Shown: positions 56,664 to 64,000 of the stretch, one piece after another
Position numbering within the stretch: position 1 is the stretch's first letter
Layout: every line of letters begins with the position of its first letter
Assembly (NCBI GenBank): GCA_030646995.1
Contig: JAUSKF010000002.1
Location: 76,092 to 140,091 of the forward strand
Direction of reading: 5' to 3'
DNA length: 64,000 bases
From: a bacterium
GTDB taxonomy: Bacteria > Patescibacteriota > Minisyncoccia > UBA6257 > WO2-44-18
The notes under the pieces: generated by a model
What the model was told of the DNA's origin: nothing
The model's input: the letters and a program-made list of their open reading frames with translations, nothing else
Databases searched by the model: none
Made by a program: the position numbers and the translations under genes

Positions 56664-58187
56664 TTACTTCGGATTCTGATCGTCCTTCTTTTCCTGTTTT
56701 TGGTTCTTCACCATCCACTTCATCAGGTTGCCCATCATTCCTTCGTTATCGCCGCTCCCACCCCAGAAAGTGCCCTCGTTGGAAGGCATCCAGACGAAGG
56801 TGGTATTAGCCGCGATGGCCTTCGCGAACTCATAGCGAGCCAGCGATTCACCGCCTCCGAAAGCCTCGGTCATCACCTTGGTGCCGTCAGCGTCCGCCTT
56901 CTTCTTGAGGAAGATGACGTCCGCTTCAGCCGTGCCTCGGGCAACCGTGTTTTCGGCTTCCTTCTTGGCGGTCTGAAGATCAATTTCCGCCACCGCCAGC
57001 TTTTGCTTCGCCTGCGTCTCGGCAACCATCTTTGCCGTCTCGGCCTCGATCTGCTTCTTACGCTGATCGATCTTGGTCTCCTCTTCCATCCGCGCCGCGT
57101 CCGCTTTCGCCTTCTCCATCTGCTCCTTCGAGCGGAGGGTTTCCTGACGAGCGACCTCGGCTTCCCGGACCGGCTTGCGTAGTTCTTCCGGAACCTCGAT
57201 TTTCCGCACAAGGCAACGCAGAATTTCAATACCCTTCTCCACGCACACCCTCTTCATCTCTGCCAGGAAGGCGTGTTCAAACTTCTCACGACCGATGCCC
57301 TGGATGAATTCCTTGGCGCCATACTTCGATCCCTCGACTCGAGAGATCGAGCGGGTGTTCTGCACGATCACCTTACGATCCAGCGCCGCGATGTCGCCCT
57401 GATCCTGAAAAACCTTGGCGATCAGATGCTCGTTCACCTGCCACTCGACGGCCACGTCGAATTCGATCGTGAATCCGTCGTTGGAGGGGAACTCGATTGC
57501 ATCGTTAGCAGGGCCGGTCCCGTCGCTGTGAAACTCGGTCACCTGCGTCTGGGTACTCATTTGTGTGACCTGATACATGTAGGGGTTCATGAAGTAGGTG
57601 CCCGAACCGAGCACTTTTCCCTGAACACCTTTCTGTCCCTCGGTGGCCAGCTCCTGATCTTCTGGCGTTTTCTCACCAGACTTGGCAGTCACCACGCCCA
57701 CGAAGCCGGCGGGAATCTTGATCGAGTCCACCTTCTCCAGCTTGTACATCGTCGGATGGACACGATACCTGCCGGGGCCAAGCACCTGGGCCAACGGGCC
57801 CTGATAGTCGCTTTCCGGCAGACCGAATTCATTGGCCTTCTTTACCGGGGCCACGACCATTCCATTGGGCATCGTAGCTCCGAAACGCTGGTGCAAGACG
57901 CCGATCTGTCCTTCCGAGATCTCTTCCATCTTCACCGCTTCGGCTCTCCGACCCCAACGGAAGTAAAGAGTAAAGCCCTGTGAATGGATCTCTTGGGTCG
58001 GGCCGCGCTGGCCCGCCTGAGCCAGGTTCTGGCCCGCCGGCAAGCTCTCTCCGAACCGATTTACGAAGTAGTAGAACTCATCCTGATCGGGAAGGAGCCA
58101 GCCGACCGGACTCGCGACCACGAGGATCAGGAGCAGGCCAAGCAGGGTTCCACCGAAAACAGCAAGCTTCTTCTGCAATGAGGTCAC
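56664..58187 (-). CDS. SPFH/flotillin-domain membrane protein
   Basis: N-terminal TM helix, repeated LGPGRY / LGSGTY modules, SPFH domain and Ala/Glu-rich coiled coil; GTG start after AAGGAG. Confidence 0.85.
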   Translation of the reverse strand: MTSLQKKLAVFGGTLLGLLLILVVASPVGWLLPDQDEFYYFVNRFGESLPAGQNLAQAGQRGPTQEIHSQGFTLYFRWGRRAEAVKMEEISEGQIGVLHQRFGATMPNGMVVAPVKKANEFGLPESDYQGPLAQVLGPGRYRVHPTMYKLEKVDSIKIPAGFVGVVTAKSGEKTPEDQELATEGQKGVQGKVLGSGTYFMNPYMYQVTQMSTQTQVTEFHSDGTGPANDAIEFPSNDGFTIEFDVAVEWQVNEHLIAKVFQDQGDIAALDRKVIVQNTRSISRVEGSKYGAKEFIQGIGREKFEHAFLAEMKRVCVEKGIEILRCLVRKIEVPEELRKPVREAEVARQETLRSKEQMEKAKADAARMEEETKIDQRKKQIEAETAKMVAETQAKQKLAVAEIDLQTAKKEAENTVARGTAEADVIFLKKKADADGTKVMTEAFGGGESLARYEFAKAIAANTTFVWMPSNEGTFWGGSGDNEGMMGNLMKWMVKNQKQEKKDDQNPK

Positions 58188-58269
58188 TGCAATCTCCTTG
58201 AAAAGAACGGCTTCTGCGCGATTAACCCATCGCGCCATCGGGTTGTCCCGCAAACGGGACAATGGCAAT

Positions 58270-58298
58270 AAAGTAGCAAGAAATCTTATTAAAGTCAA
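58270..58298 (-). promoter_or_regulatory. sigma70-type promoter for the SPFH gene
   Basis: TTGACT-17 nt-TACTTT, abutting the repeat at 58299. Confidence 0.6.
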
Positions 58299-58439
58299 GG
58301 GCTCCGGCCAATAGCCCCTCGGAAACGGCATAATTTGCTTCCAGCGAGCAAATTTGCCTCTCCCTCGCTTCGCCACTTTAGATAAGACCAAGCTGGCGAA
58401 GCTCCGGCATGTTCCTCGAAGCTATTGGCCTGCGCTTTG
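58299..58439 (+). repeat. full-length structured repeat (GGGCTC...CGCTTTG family)
   Basis: Shares a ~57-nt identical block and the CTCCGGCATGTTCCTCGAA block with the 21179-21326 copy. Confidence 0.9.
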
Positions 58440-58458
58440 TTATAATTAAGCGATACCG

Positions 58459-59994
58459 ATGAAAAAAATTAGCGCCGCTTTGTTAATTTTAGGAGCTTTA
58501 GCGGTTTTTTGGCATTTTGTATCGCCGAACATACCCGATCTGGATAGTTTTTTTTATCTCGGAAAGGCCTTATTGATGCGAGAGCAGGGTTTGGCGGAAG
58601 CAACCTTCCCATGGGCCCAGCTGTCGGTCATTAAAGAAACTTCATCTTCCTTATGGTTCGGCTTCAGCTTATTGATGCTCCCCTTTTCTTTTTTGCCGTC
58701 ACCCTCTCTGGCGATTAAAATATTCGGAATCTTGGTCACCCTTTTCGCCTTGGGGTCGTGCTATTTCGTGGCGCGGCGGCATCAATTCCACTGGCCGATC
58801 TTTTGGCCGCTCCTGATGTTTTTTTCCGCGCCTAATGTCACGGCGCAGCTCCTGATGGTCCGCCCGCAAACTCTGACAGTCGGCCTCGGTTTGCTTTTGC
58901 TGTCGTTTCTGATCCGTGGCGGCTGGATGCCGGTCTTTATAGTTTCCTTTTTCATCTCTTGGATTCATTTAAATTTTTCCTGGATAGCCATCGCTATTTT
59001 GGGCATAGTAATAGTTGGCCGAATAATTATTGATAGAAAAGTAGAATGGCTGAAAATCATCGCGGTACCCGCGGCTTTATTGCTTGGCTGGGTAGCCCGC
59101 CCGAATCCGATCGGCGCCGCAAAACTTTTTTATATCCAGGTAGTCCAACAAATATTAGAGAAGCAAAGTGGGCTTCCCCTTCTTTTTGGCACCGAAAACC
59201 TTCCCCTTGGTTCAGCGACGCTCTTCCGTAACTTTTCGCCATTCCTGGCCATCTGGATATTCGCCGGTCTAATGCTCGCTTGGTGGATAATCAAAAAACA
59301 GCTAGTGGATAAACAAAAAATTCTGATTGCCTCGTCGTCAGTCTTCTTGTCATTGGTGTTTTTCTCGTTAAGCATCCTGATAGCGCGCCGGAGTTATAAT
59401 TTCTGGATTGCATTTGGAGTTCTGGCCATCGCCCTAGCCTTCAGTTGGATATTAGATTTAGCCAGGCAACGTTATGATTTAAAACCCCTAAAAGACTGGG
59501 CAGCCGGAATTGCTGTCTTCTCTTTAATATTTCTGACCTTCTTCTCCGGGTTAAAAACTCTGAATAGTCTGGCGAAAAGCTACCCGCCGGACCTAATGAA
59601 AGAATCTGCGGAATGGCTGGCAAAAAATTCCCAACCCGGAGATTTAGTGTTCAATCTGCATTGGAGCCATTTTTCTCCTTTATTTCTCTGGAATCGCTCT
59701 AATTATTACATCGGGGGGCTGGATCCAATTTTCCAATACCGCTACAACCCCGAACTTTACTGGCTTTTCCACTATCCGTCAGCCGGCATAAGCACCTCCG
59801 TGACCTGCCGATACCTAGAATGCACCAATGACTCAGTAGAAAGCACCTATTCTGCTCTGAAAAACGACTTTCGCGCGAAATATATTCTGGTCAGCAAGCC
59901 GCACAATCCAAACTTCAATAAATTCGCGGCCTCCGACCCAAGATTTGAAAAGGTGTTTGAGGCTGTCAATGAAGTCGTTTATCTAATAAAATGA
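58459..59994 (+). CDS. multi-TM GT-C-like membrane protein
   Basis: D.DSFF, FPW, RP motifs; C-terminal VFN.HW...GLDPIF. Confidence 0.75.
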   Translation: MKKISAALLILGALAVFWHFVSPNIPDLDSFFYLGKALLMREQGLAEATFPWAQLSVIKETSSSLWFGFSLLMLPFSFLPSPSLAIKIFGILVTLFALGSCYFVARRHQFHWPIFWPLLMFFSAPNVTAQLLMVRPQTLTVGLGLLLLSFLIRGGWMPVFIVSFFISWIHLNFSWIAIAILGIVIVGRIIIDRKVEWLKIIAVPAALLLGWVARPNPIGAAKLFYIQVVQQILEKQSGLPLLFGTENLPLGSATLFRNFSPFLAIWIFAGLMLAWWIIKKQLVDKQKILIASSSVFLSLVFFSLSILIARRSYNFWIAFGVLAIALAFSWILDLARQRYDLKPLKDWAAGIAVFSLIFLTFFSGLKTLNSLAKSYPPDLMKESAEWLAKNSQPGDLVFNLHWSHFSPLFLWNRSNYYIGGLDPIFQYRYNPELYWLFHYPSAGISTSVTCRYLECTNDSVESTYSALKNDFRAKYILVSKPHNPNFNKFAASDPRFEKVFEAVNEVVYLIK

Positions 59995-60013
59995 GAGCAT
60001 AGACACCGCTGAT

Positions 60014-61579
60014 ATGTCGCCCGAATTCAAAAAAATAATTTATTGGCTCTTGCCCCTGGTCTTAATAGTCAGCTTCGCTTTTTTTATTCACGGAAGACTG
60101 GTTAATTTCTCCGATGCGGACAGTTTTTATCACATCCGTCATTCCTGGGTCTACCGCACGACGGGACTGTTTAATACTTCTTTTCCCTGGGTGCAATATT
60201 CGGTAATCAATCAGTACGCCGCGGATATTTGGTACGGCTTCCATATGCTGATTCTACCCTTCACTTATTTCCAAAATCTGACGGATGGAATCAACTGGGG
60301 AGCTTTGTTTGTGACCACGATTGCCGCCTCGCTTTTCTTTTTATCGCTTCTTAAGCTAAAAATACGCTGGCCCCTGCTCTGGCTGGGTGTATTTTTATTT
60401 GCCTCTGCGGATCTTCTGTATCGGATAACTATGCTCCGTCCCCATCCCCTCTCCCTTGGATTAAGTATGCTGCTGTTTGCCTATCTCTCCACAAAAGAAA
60501 CCAGCCGGTCCCGCTGGGTGATTTTCTTTCTTGCCGCCGGCCTATCTTGGCTCCATCTTTCTTTGAGCTGGATGGGCCTGCTGATAGTCGGAGTAGTTTC
60601 TATGATTGAATTCATACAACAACGAAAAATATCCATCTGGAAATATCTTACCGTGATTCTGGGACTACTGACTGGTCTGATTCTGCGACCAAATCCGATA
60701 GGTGCCACCAAGCTGGCCTATATTCAGGTGGTAAAATTGCTCTTTGAAAAACAAGGCGATGCACCTCTCCGATTTGGACGCGAGCTTACTCCGTTTGTAT
60801 GGGAAAATTTTGCCGACCAGCTTGTGCCCATCGCTATCCTAATCTTGATCGCCGTCGGATTCGTTATTTGGCTAATCGCGACTAAAAAATGGCGGGCTGT
60901 CCCTATTGATTTCCGCTCCCCGATCATCTCCAGCCTCGCGTTGGAAATAATTTTTTTCCTGCTGACTTTCGGGGTGGCTCGCCGCTCCAATGAAATTTTC
61001 ATCGGTTTCGCGGTTTTGTTTGTGGGATTGACCTTCTCGCAAGTAAAAATTTGGATATCAAAATATGAATGGCAGCACTACGCGCTCGGCATCGCGATTT
61101 TTATCGCCCTGATCTATATGCCATTTAAAACAATGTACCGCTTTGACACTTACATGGCCGGCACTTTCCCAGTTGACCGCTTCAAAGAAGTGACGGACTG
61201 GCTGAAAGCAAACACGCAGCCGGAAGAAATAGTTTTCAACATCCACTGGGACCGCTTTGCTCAACTGTTCTATCACGACCAGCATAATTATTTCATTAAT
61301 GGCATGGATCCGATTTTTGAATATGCGTATGACCCGAGTTTATATTGGAAAACGCATTTCCTTGCGATTGATGCCGCTACTTCACATACTTGTGGCAAGG
61401 TGCGTTGCACAGCGGAAGAAGTGGAACCGATCGCTCAAGTCTTGAAAAAAGACTTCAAAGCGTCGTATATTCTAGTAGAAAAGCAACGTAGCCCAAAATT
61501 ATCCGCATATCTGAACAGCGCTCCGGAATTTAATAAGGTTCTGGACACCGACCAAGACGCCCTCTATAAAATATTGTGA
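60014..61579 (+). CDS. multi-TM GT-C-like membrane protein, tandem paralog
   Basis: DADSFYH, FPW, RPNPIGA.KL.YIQVV, VFNIHW, GMDPIF shared with the upstream gene. Confidence 0.75.
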   Translation: MSPEFKKIIYWLLPLVLIVSFAFFIHGRLVNFSDADSFYHIRHSWVYRTTGLFNTSFPWVQYSVINQYAADIWYGFHMLILPFTYFQNLTDGINWGALFVTTIAASLFFLSLLKLKIRWPLLWLGVFLFASADLLYRITMLRPHPLSLGLSMLLFAYLSTKETSRSRWVIFFLAAGLSWLHLSLSWMGLLIVGVVSMIEFIQQRKISIWKYLTVILGLLTGLILRPNPIGATKLAYIQVVKLLFEKQGDAPLRFGRELTPFVWENFADQLVPIAILILIAVGFVIWLIATKKWRAVPIDFRSPIISSLALEIIFFLLTFGVARRSNEIFIGFAVLFVGLTFSQVKIWISKYEWQHYALGIAIFIALIYMPFKTMYRFDTYMAGTFPVDRFKEVTDWLKANTQPEEIVFNIHWDRFAQLFYHDQHNYFINGMDPIFEYAYDPSLYWKTHFLAIDAATSHTCGKVRCTAEEVEPIAQVLKKDFKASYILVEKQRSPKLSAYLNSAPEFNKVLDTDQDALYKIL

Positions 61580-62280
61580 ATAAAGAAATGAAATTTTCCG
61601 TAATCATCCCCGCCTACAACGAAAAGGACACGCTTCCGGTTATTTTAGAGCGCGTCCAGAAGCAGAAACCAACTGAAATAATTATTGTTGATGATGCCTC
61701 CACCGATGGCACGGAGGAATTCCTGAAGACTTATCAGGCTAAAAACGTAAAAATTATCCGCCATCAACAAAACTCCGGCAAAGGAGCGGCGGTACACACG
61801 GGCATCAAAAATGCCACACAGGAAGTAATTTTGATACAGGATGCTGATTTGGAATACGACCCGGAAGAATACGAGAAATTACTCAACCCGATTGAAAGCG
61901 GGCTGGCAGATGTAGTTTATGGCTCACGCTTCATCGGCTCTTCTCCGCACCGCGTAATGCTTTTCTGGCATTTCACCGGAAATAGATTCTTAACCCTACT
62001 CTGCAATATCGCCGCCAACTTGAATCTCACCGATATGGAAACGGGCTTTAAAGCTTTCCGAAAAAAAGCTCTGGACTCCATAACTCTTGAAGAAACTGAT
62101 TTCGGATTTGAGCCGGAAGTCACGATTAAACTGGCGAAAAGGGGCTGGAAATTCTATGAAGTAGGAATTTCCTATCACGGCCGGGATTACGATCAAGGGA
62201 AAAAGATCCGTTGGACTGATGGCCTAAAGGCGATTGGTATCATTTTAAAACACTGGCTCAATCCCAGCGCTCAAAAATAA
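61576..62280 (+). CDS. GT2 polyprenol-phosphate glycosyltransferase (DPM1-like)
   Basis: IIPAYNE, DDASTDG, QDADLEYDP, YGSRF, TDMETG. Confidence 0.92.
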   Translation: MNKEMKFSVIIPAYNEKDTLPVILERVQKQKPTEIIIVDDASTDGTEEFLKTYQAKNVKIIRHQQNSGKGAAVHTGIKNATQEVILIQDADLEYDPEEYEKLLNPIESGLADVVYGSRFIGSSPHRVMLFWHFTGNRFLTLLCNIAANLNLTDMETGFKAFRKKALDSITLEETDFGFEPEVTIKLAKRGWKFYEVGISYHGRDYDQGKKIRWTDGLKAIGIILKHWLNPSAQK

Positions 62281-62285
62281 CAAAC

Positions 62286-62316
62286 AAAAATCCCGCGACA
62301 CAAACGCGGGATTTTT
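62286..62316. terminator. bidirectional terminator
   Basis: AAAAATCCCGCG-ACACAAA-CGCGGGATTTTT between convergent genes. Confidence 0.75.
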
Positions 62317-62335
62317 GATTGCTATCGCTACCGAA

Positions 62336-62794
62336 CTAGCGGGAAACGGAAAGTGAAGTGGAGGCTTGTCCGGAAATTGTTTCTCCGTATTTTCCTTCCA
62401 CAGTAACTCGCCCAGCGTTATTCGCGATATCGTAATTAGTATCGTAATCGGTGCCACTAGTGAATGAACCGGCCGAAGGATCAAATGGCAAGCTGGTCAT
62501 ATAGGTAGGCACGAGACACTCATAGATGTCATATCCGCCGGTAGACTGCATCGTAGTAGTCGCAGTCGGAAGCGCAGCGCAATCGCCGGAGGTCTCCCAA
62601 ACACCGCGGTTATCAGCCAAGCGCTGGCCAACCGCGTTCAAGATGGCGTTGATGTTGGCGGAGCGTTGAGTGTTCCGAGCCTGGGCAAATTGCCGAGCCG
62701 GGTTCAAAGCTACGATAACTACTCCAGCCAAGATCGCGATAATGCCGATAACAACCAACAATTCGATCAAAGTAAAACCTTTTTTGTTTTTCAT
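62336..62794 (-). CDS. type IV pilin (major-pilin-like)
   Basis: KKG/FTLIELLVVIGII class III signal; ARNTQR; Cys pair. Confidence 0.93.
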   Translation of the reverse strand: MKNKKGFTLIELLVVIGIIAILAGVVIVALNPARQFAQARNTQRSANINAILNAVGQRLADNRGVWETSGDCAALPTATTTMQSTGGYDIYECLVPTYMTSLPFDPSAGSFTSGTDYDTNYDIANNAGRVTVEGKYGETISGQASTSLSVSR

Positions 62795-62851
62795 AGTAAA
62801 TAATGTAATTTTCACGACCTTTCTTGATACACAATCACTTCAATTATTATA

Positions 62852-63247
62852 TCAAAGAGTAGGTAATTCTTCGAGGGAGACTGTGGATAAGCTAGTAGAA
62901 TTGACGGTTAGCTTCAAATTCGTAGTTGCTCCGTTGATGATAGCCTTGGCTTGAATTATTTTATTAGGCGCCGAAGTGGTAATTGCAGACAGCGTGCAGG
63001 CCCTGGAAGAGATCATCAAAGTTTCATTTCCGGTATAAGAAGATGAATCTGCCAACTTTAATAGCGCTTCGTTAAGGCAGGATCGGGCAATAAAATAACT
63101 CAACTGCTTATTGCCGAAATCAGCAACATTGAGCCGTGTAAATAGACTGGAAGACCCGAGTGATATTGCCACTACCATAAGCACCAGGGAAAGAACGATT
63201 GAGGACATTATTGCGATATACCCACCTCTGGGATTTTTTCTATTCAT
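62852..63247 (-). CDS. PilX-like minor pilin
   Basis: RGG/YIAIMS hydrophobic N-terminus without E5; ARSCLNEAL. Confidence 0.7.
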   Translation of the reverse strand: MNRKNPRGGYIAIMSSIVLSLVLMVVAISLGSSSLFTRLNVADFGNKQLSYFIARSCLNEALLKLADSSSYTGNETLMISSRACTLSAITTSAPNKIIQAKAIINGATTNLKLTVNSTSLSTVSLEELPTL

Positions 63248-63249
63248 AA

Positions 63250-63771
63250 TCATTTAGTGAGTATTACCGTGTTTAAATCAATTGAAGTGGAAGCAAAGGC
63301 GTTATACATCGTCCCGCTAATCTGGATTGCCGGGCGACCCGAGAAATCATAATTATGGAACTCCAGATTCTGAACCACAACATATTCATTAGTGATTGGA
63401 TTGGCTGCGTTACTTCCCAATTTTAATGTGACAACTCCATTGTTCACTGCCACTATCACCGGATTATTGACGTAGCTAAGTTTATTTACCGACAAGCTGG
63501 TGGTTGTAGCCCCGGTGGATGGGGAATTAATCGCGGACAAGTTCTGAAGAACCCAGTAGATTTTCTGTTCAAAAAATTTTTTATTCTCCGCCACCTCTTT
63601 GTGATGTCGTATTGTATCGGCAGAATCAATTAACTGATAGGAAGCGAAAATCGAAAAAGTAATCATGCCCGTTACGATAGCGGCATAAATTAAAATTTCT
63701 ATTAGCGTGAAAGCTTGCTCGCCTATGGAGAGCCGCTTATTGCCCCGCTGTGATAATTCTAAGCGCATCAT
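63250..63771 (-). CDS. PilW-like minor pilin
   Basis: QA/FTLIEILIYAAIV N-methylation motif; start uncertain. Confidence 0.8.
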   Translation of the reverse strand: MMRLELSQRGNKRLSIGEQAFTLIEILIYAAIVTGMITFSIFASYQLIDSADTIRHHKEVAENKKFFEQKIYWVLQNLSAINSPSTGATTTSLSVNKLSYVNNPVIVAVNNGVVTLKLGSNAANPITNEYVVVQNLEFHNYDFSGRPAIQISGTMYNAFASTSIDLNTVILTK

Positions 63772-64000
63772 TGCTTCGCACAGACATAAATACCATATTA
63801 TCAGCATAATCGATTCCCGTGCCGACCTGCGGGAAATTCAAAGAGGCATATTCGGTCATGGCGTCGGGGTTAGCCACGTTAACCACAAGAAATTCTTTGC
63901 CGGTGTTCGTAGTAGATAGAAAAGCCAAATCTCCAGTCGCACACACGATATCATTCACCTCTCCGCCAACGTTTAACCGGTCGCGGACATACATCTGAGT
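63737..64000 (-). CDS. C-terminal fragment of an LVIVD-like beta-propeller protein, truncated by the window end
   Basis: FLVVNVANP, GIDYADNMVFM repeats; located in the pilin locus. Confidence 0.65.
   Translation of the reverse strand, partial: TQMYVRDRLNVGGEVNDIVCATGDLAFLSTTNTGKEFLVVNVANPDAMTEYASLNFPQVGTGIDYADNMVFMSVRSNDALRIITAGQ

Noticed and set aside
58188-58391. Long N-terminal extensions in the ORF track (SPFH, serS, alr, fadB, ychF)
   Set aside because: They run through promoters, repeats or neighbouring genes; downstream starts fit SD or -10 signals and family lengths

Overview
Chromosomal segment of a Patescibacteria (CPR, most likely Parcubacteria) genome using genetic code 11. The assignment rests on the S10-spc r-protein cluster lacking rpmD (uL30), CPR-typical hypothetical proteins, a VirD4/HerA-like ATPase and a type IV pilin locus. 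Core genes include rplD-secY, adk, map, murC/murG/ftsW/ftsQ-like, alr, serS/lysS/gltX, greA, ychF, tgt, tsaC, a class II RNR and PGI/PMI. They are interleaved with SD-led accessory genes, including a fatty-acid beta-oxidation cluster (thiolase, FadB/FadJ-type, acyl-CoA dehydrogenase) and a malate synthase, both unexpected in CPR. Most notable signals: (1) tRNA-Phe(GAA) is split by a 234-nt group I intron at 33/34, sits 3 nt downstream of an HTH-LAGLIDADG-like gene, and the gene-tRNA unit is bracketed by extra copies of the tRNA 3' end. (2) tRNA-Phe and tRNA-Glu share one architecture: a CCA-less gene, a 145-180 nt structured spacer, then an exact 17-bp repeat of tRNA positions 58-74 ending in CCA. 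(3) A dispersed ~150-nt multi-stem repeat family shows covariation. (4) Short palindromes and heptamer microsatellites are inserted in frame in proteins. No rRNA, CRISPR array, integrase or transposase was seen. All calls come from manual motif recognition; no database searches were run.
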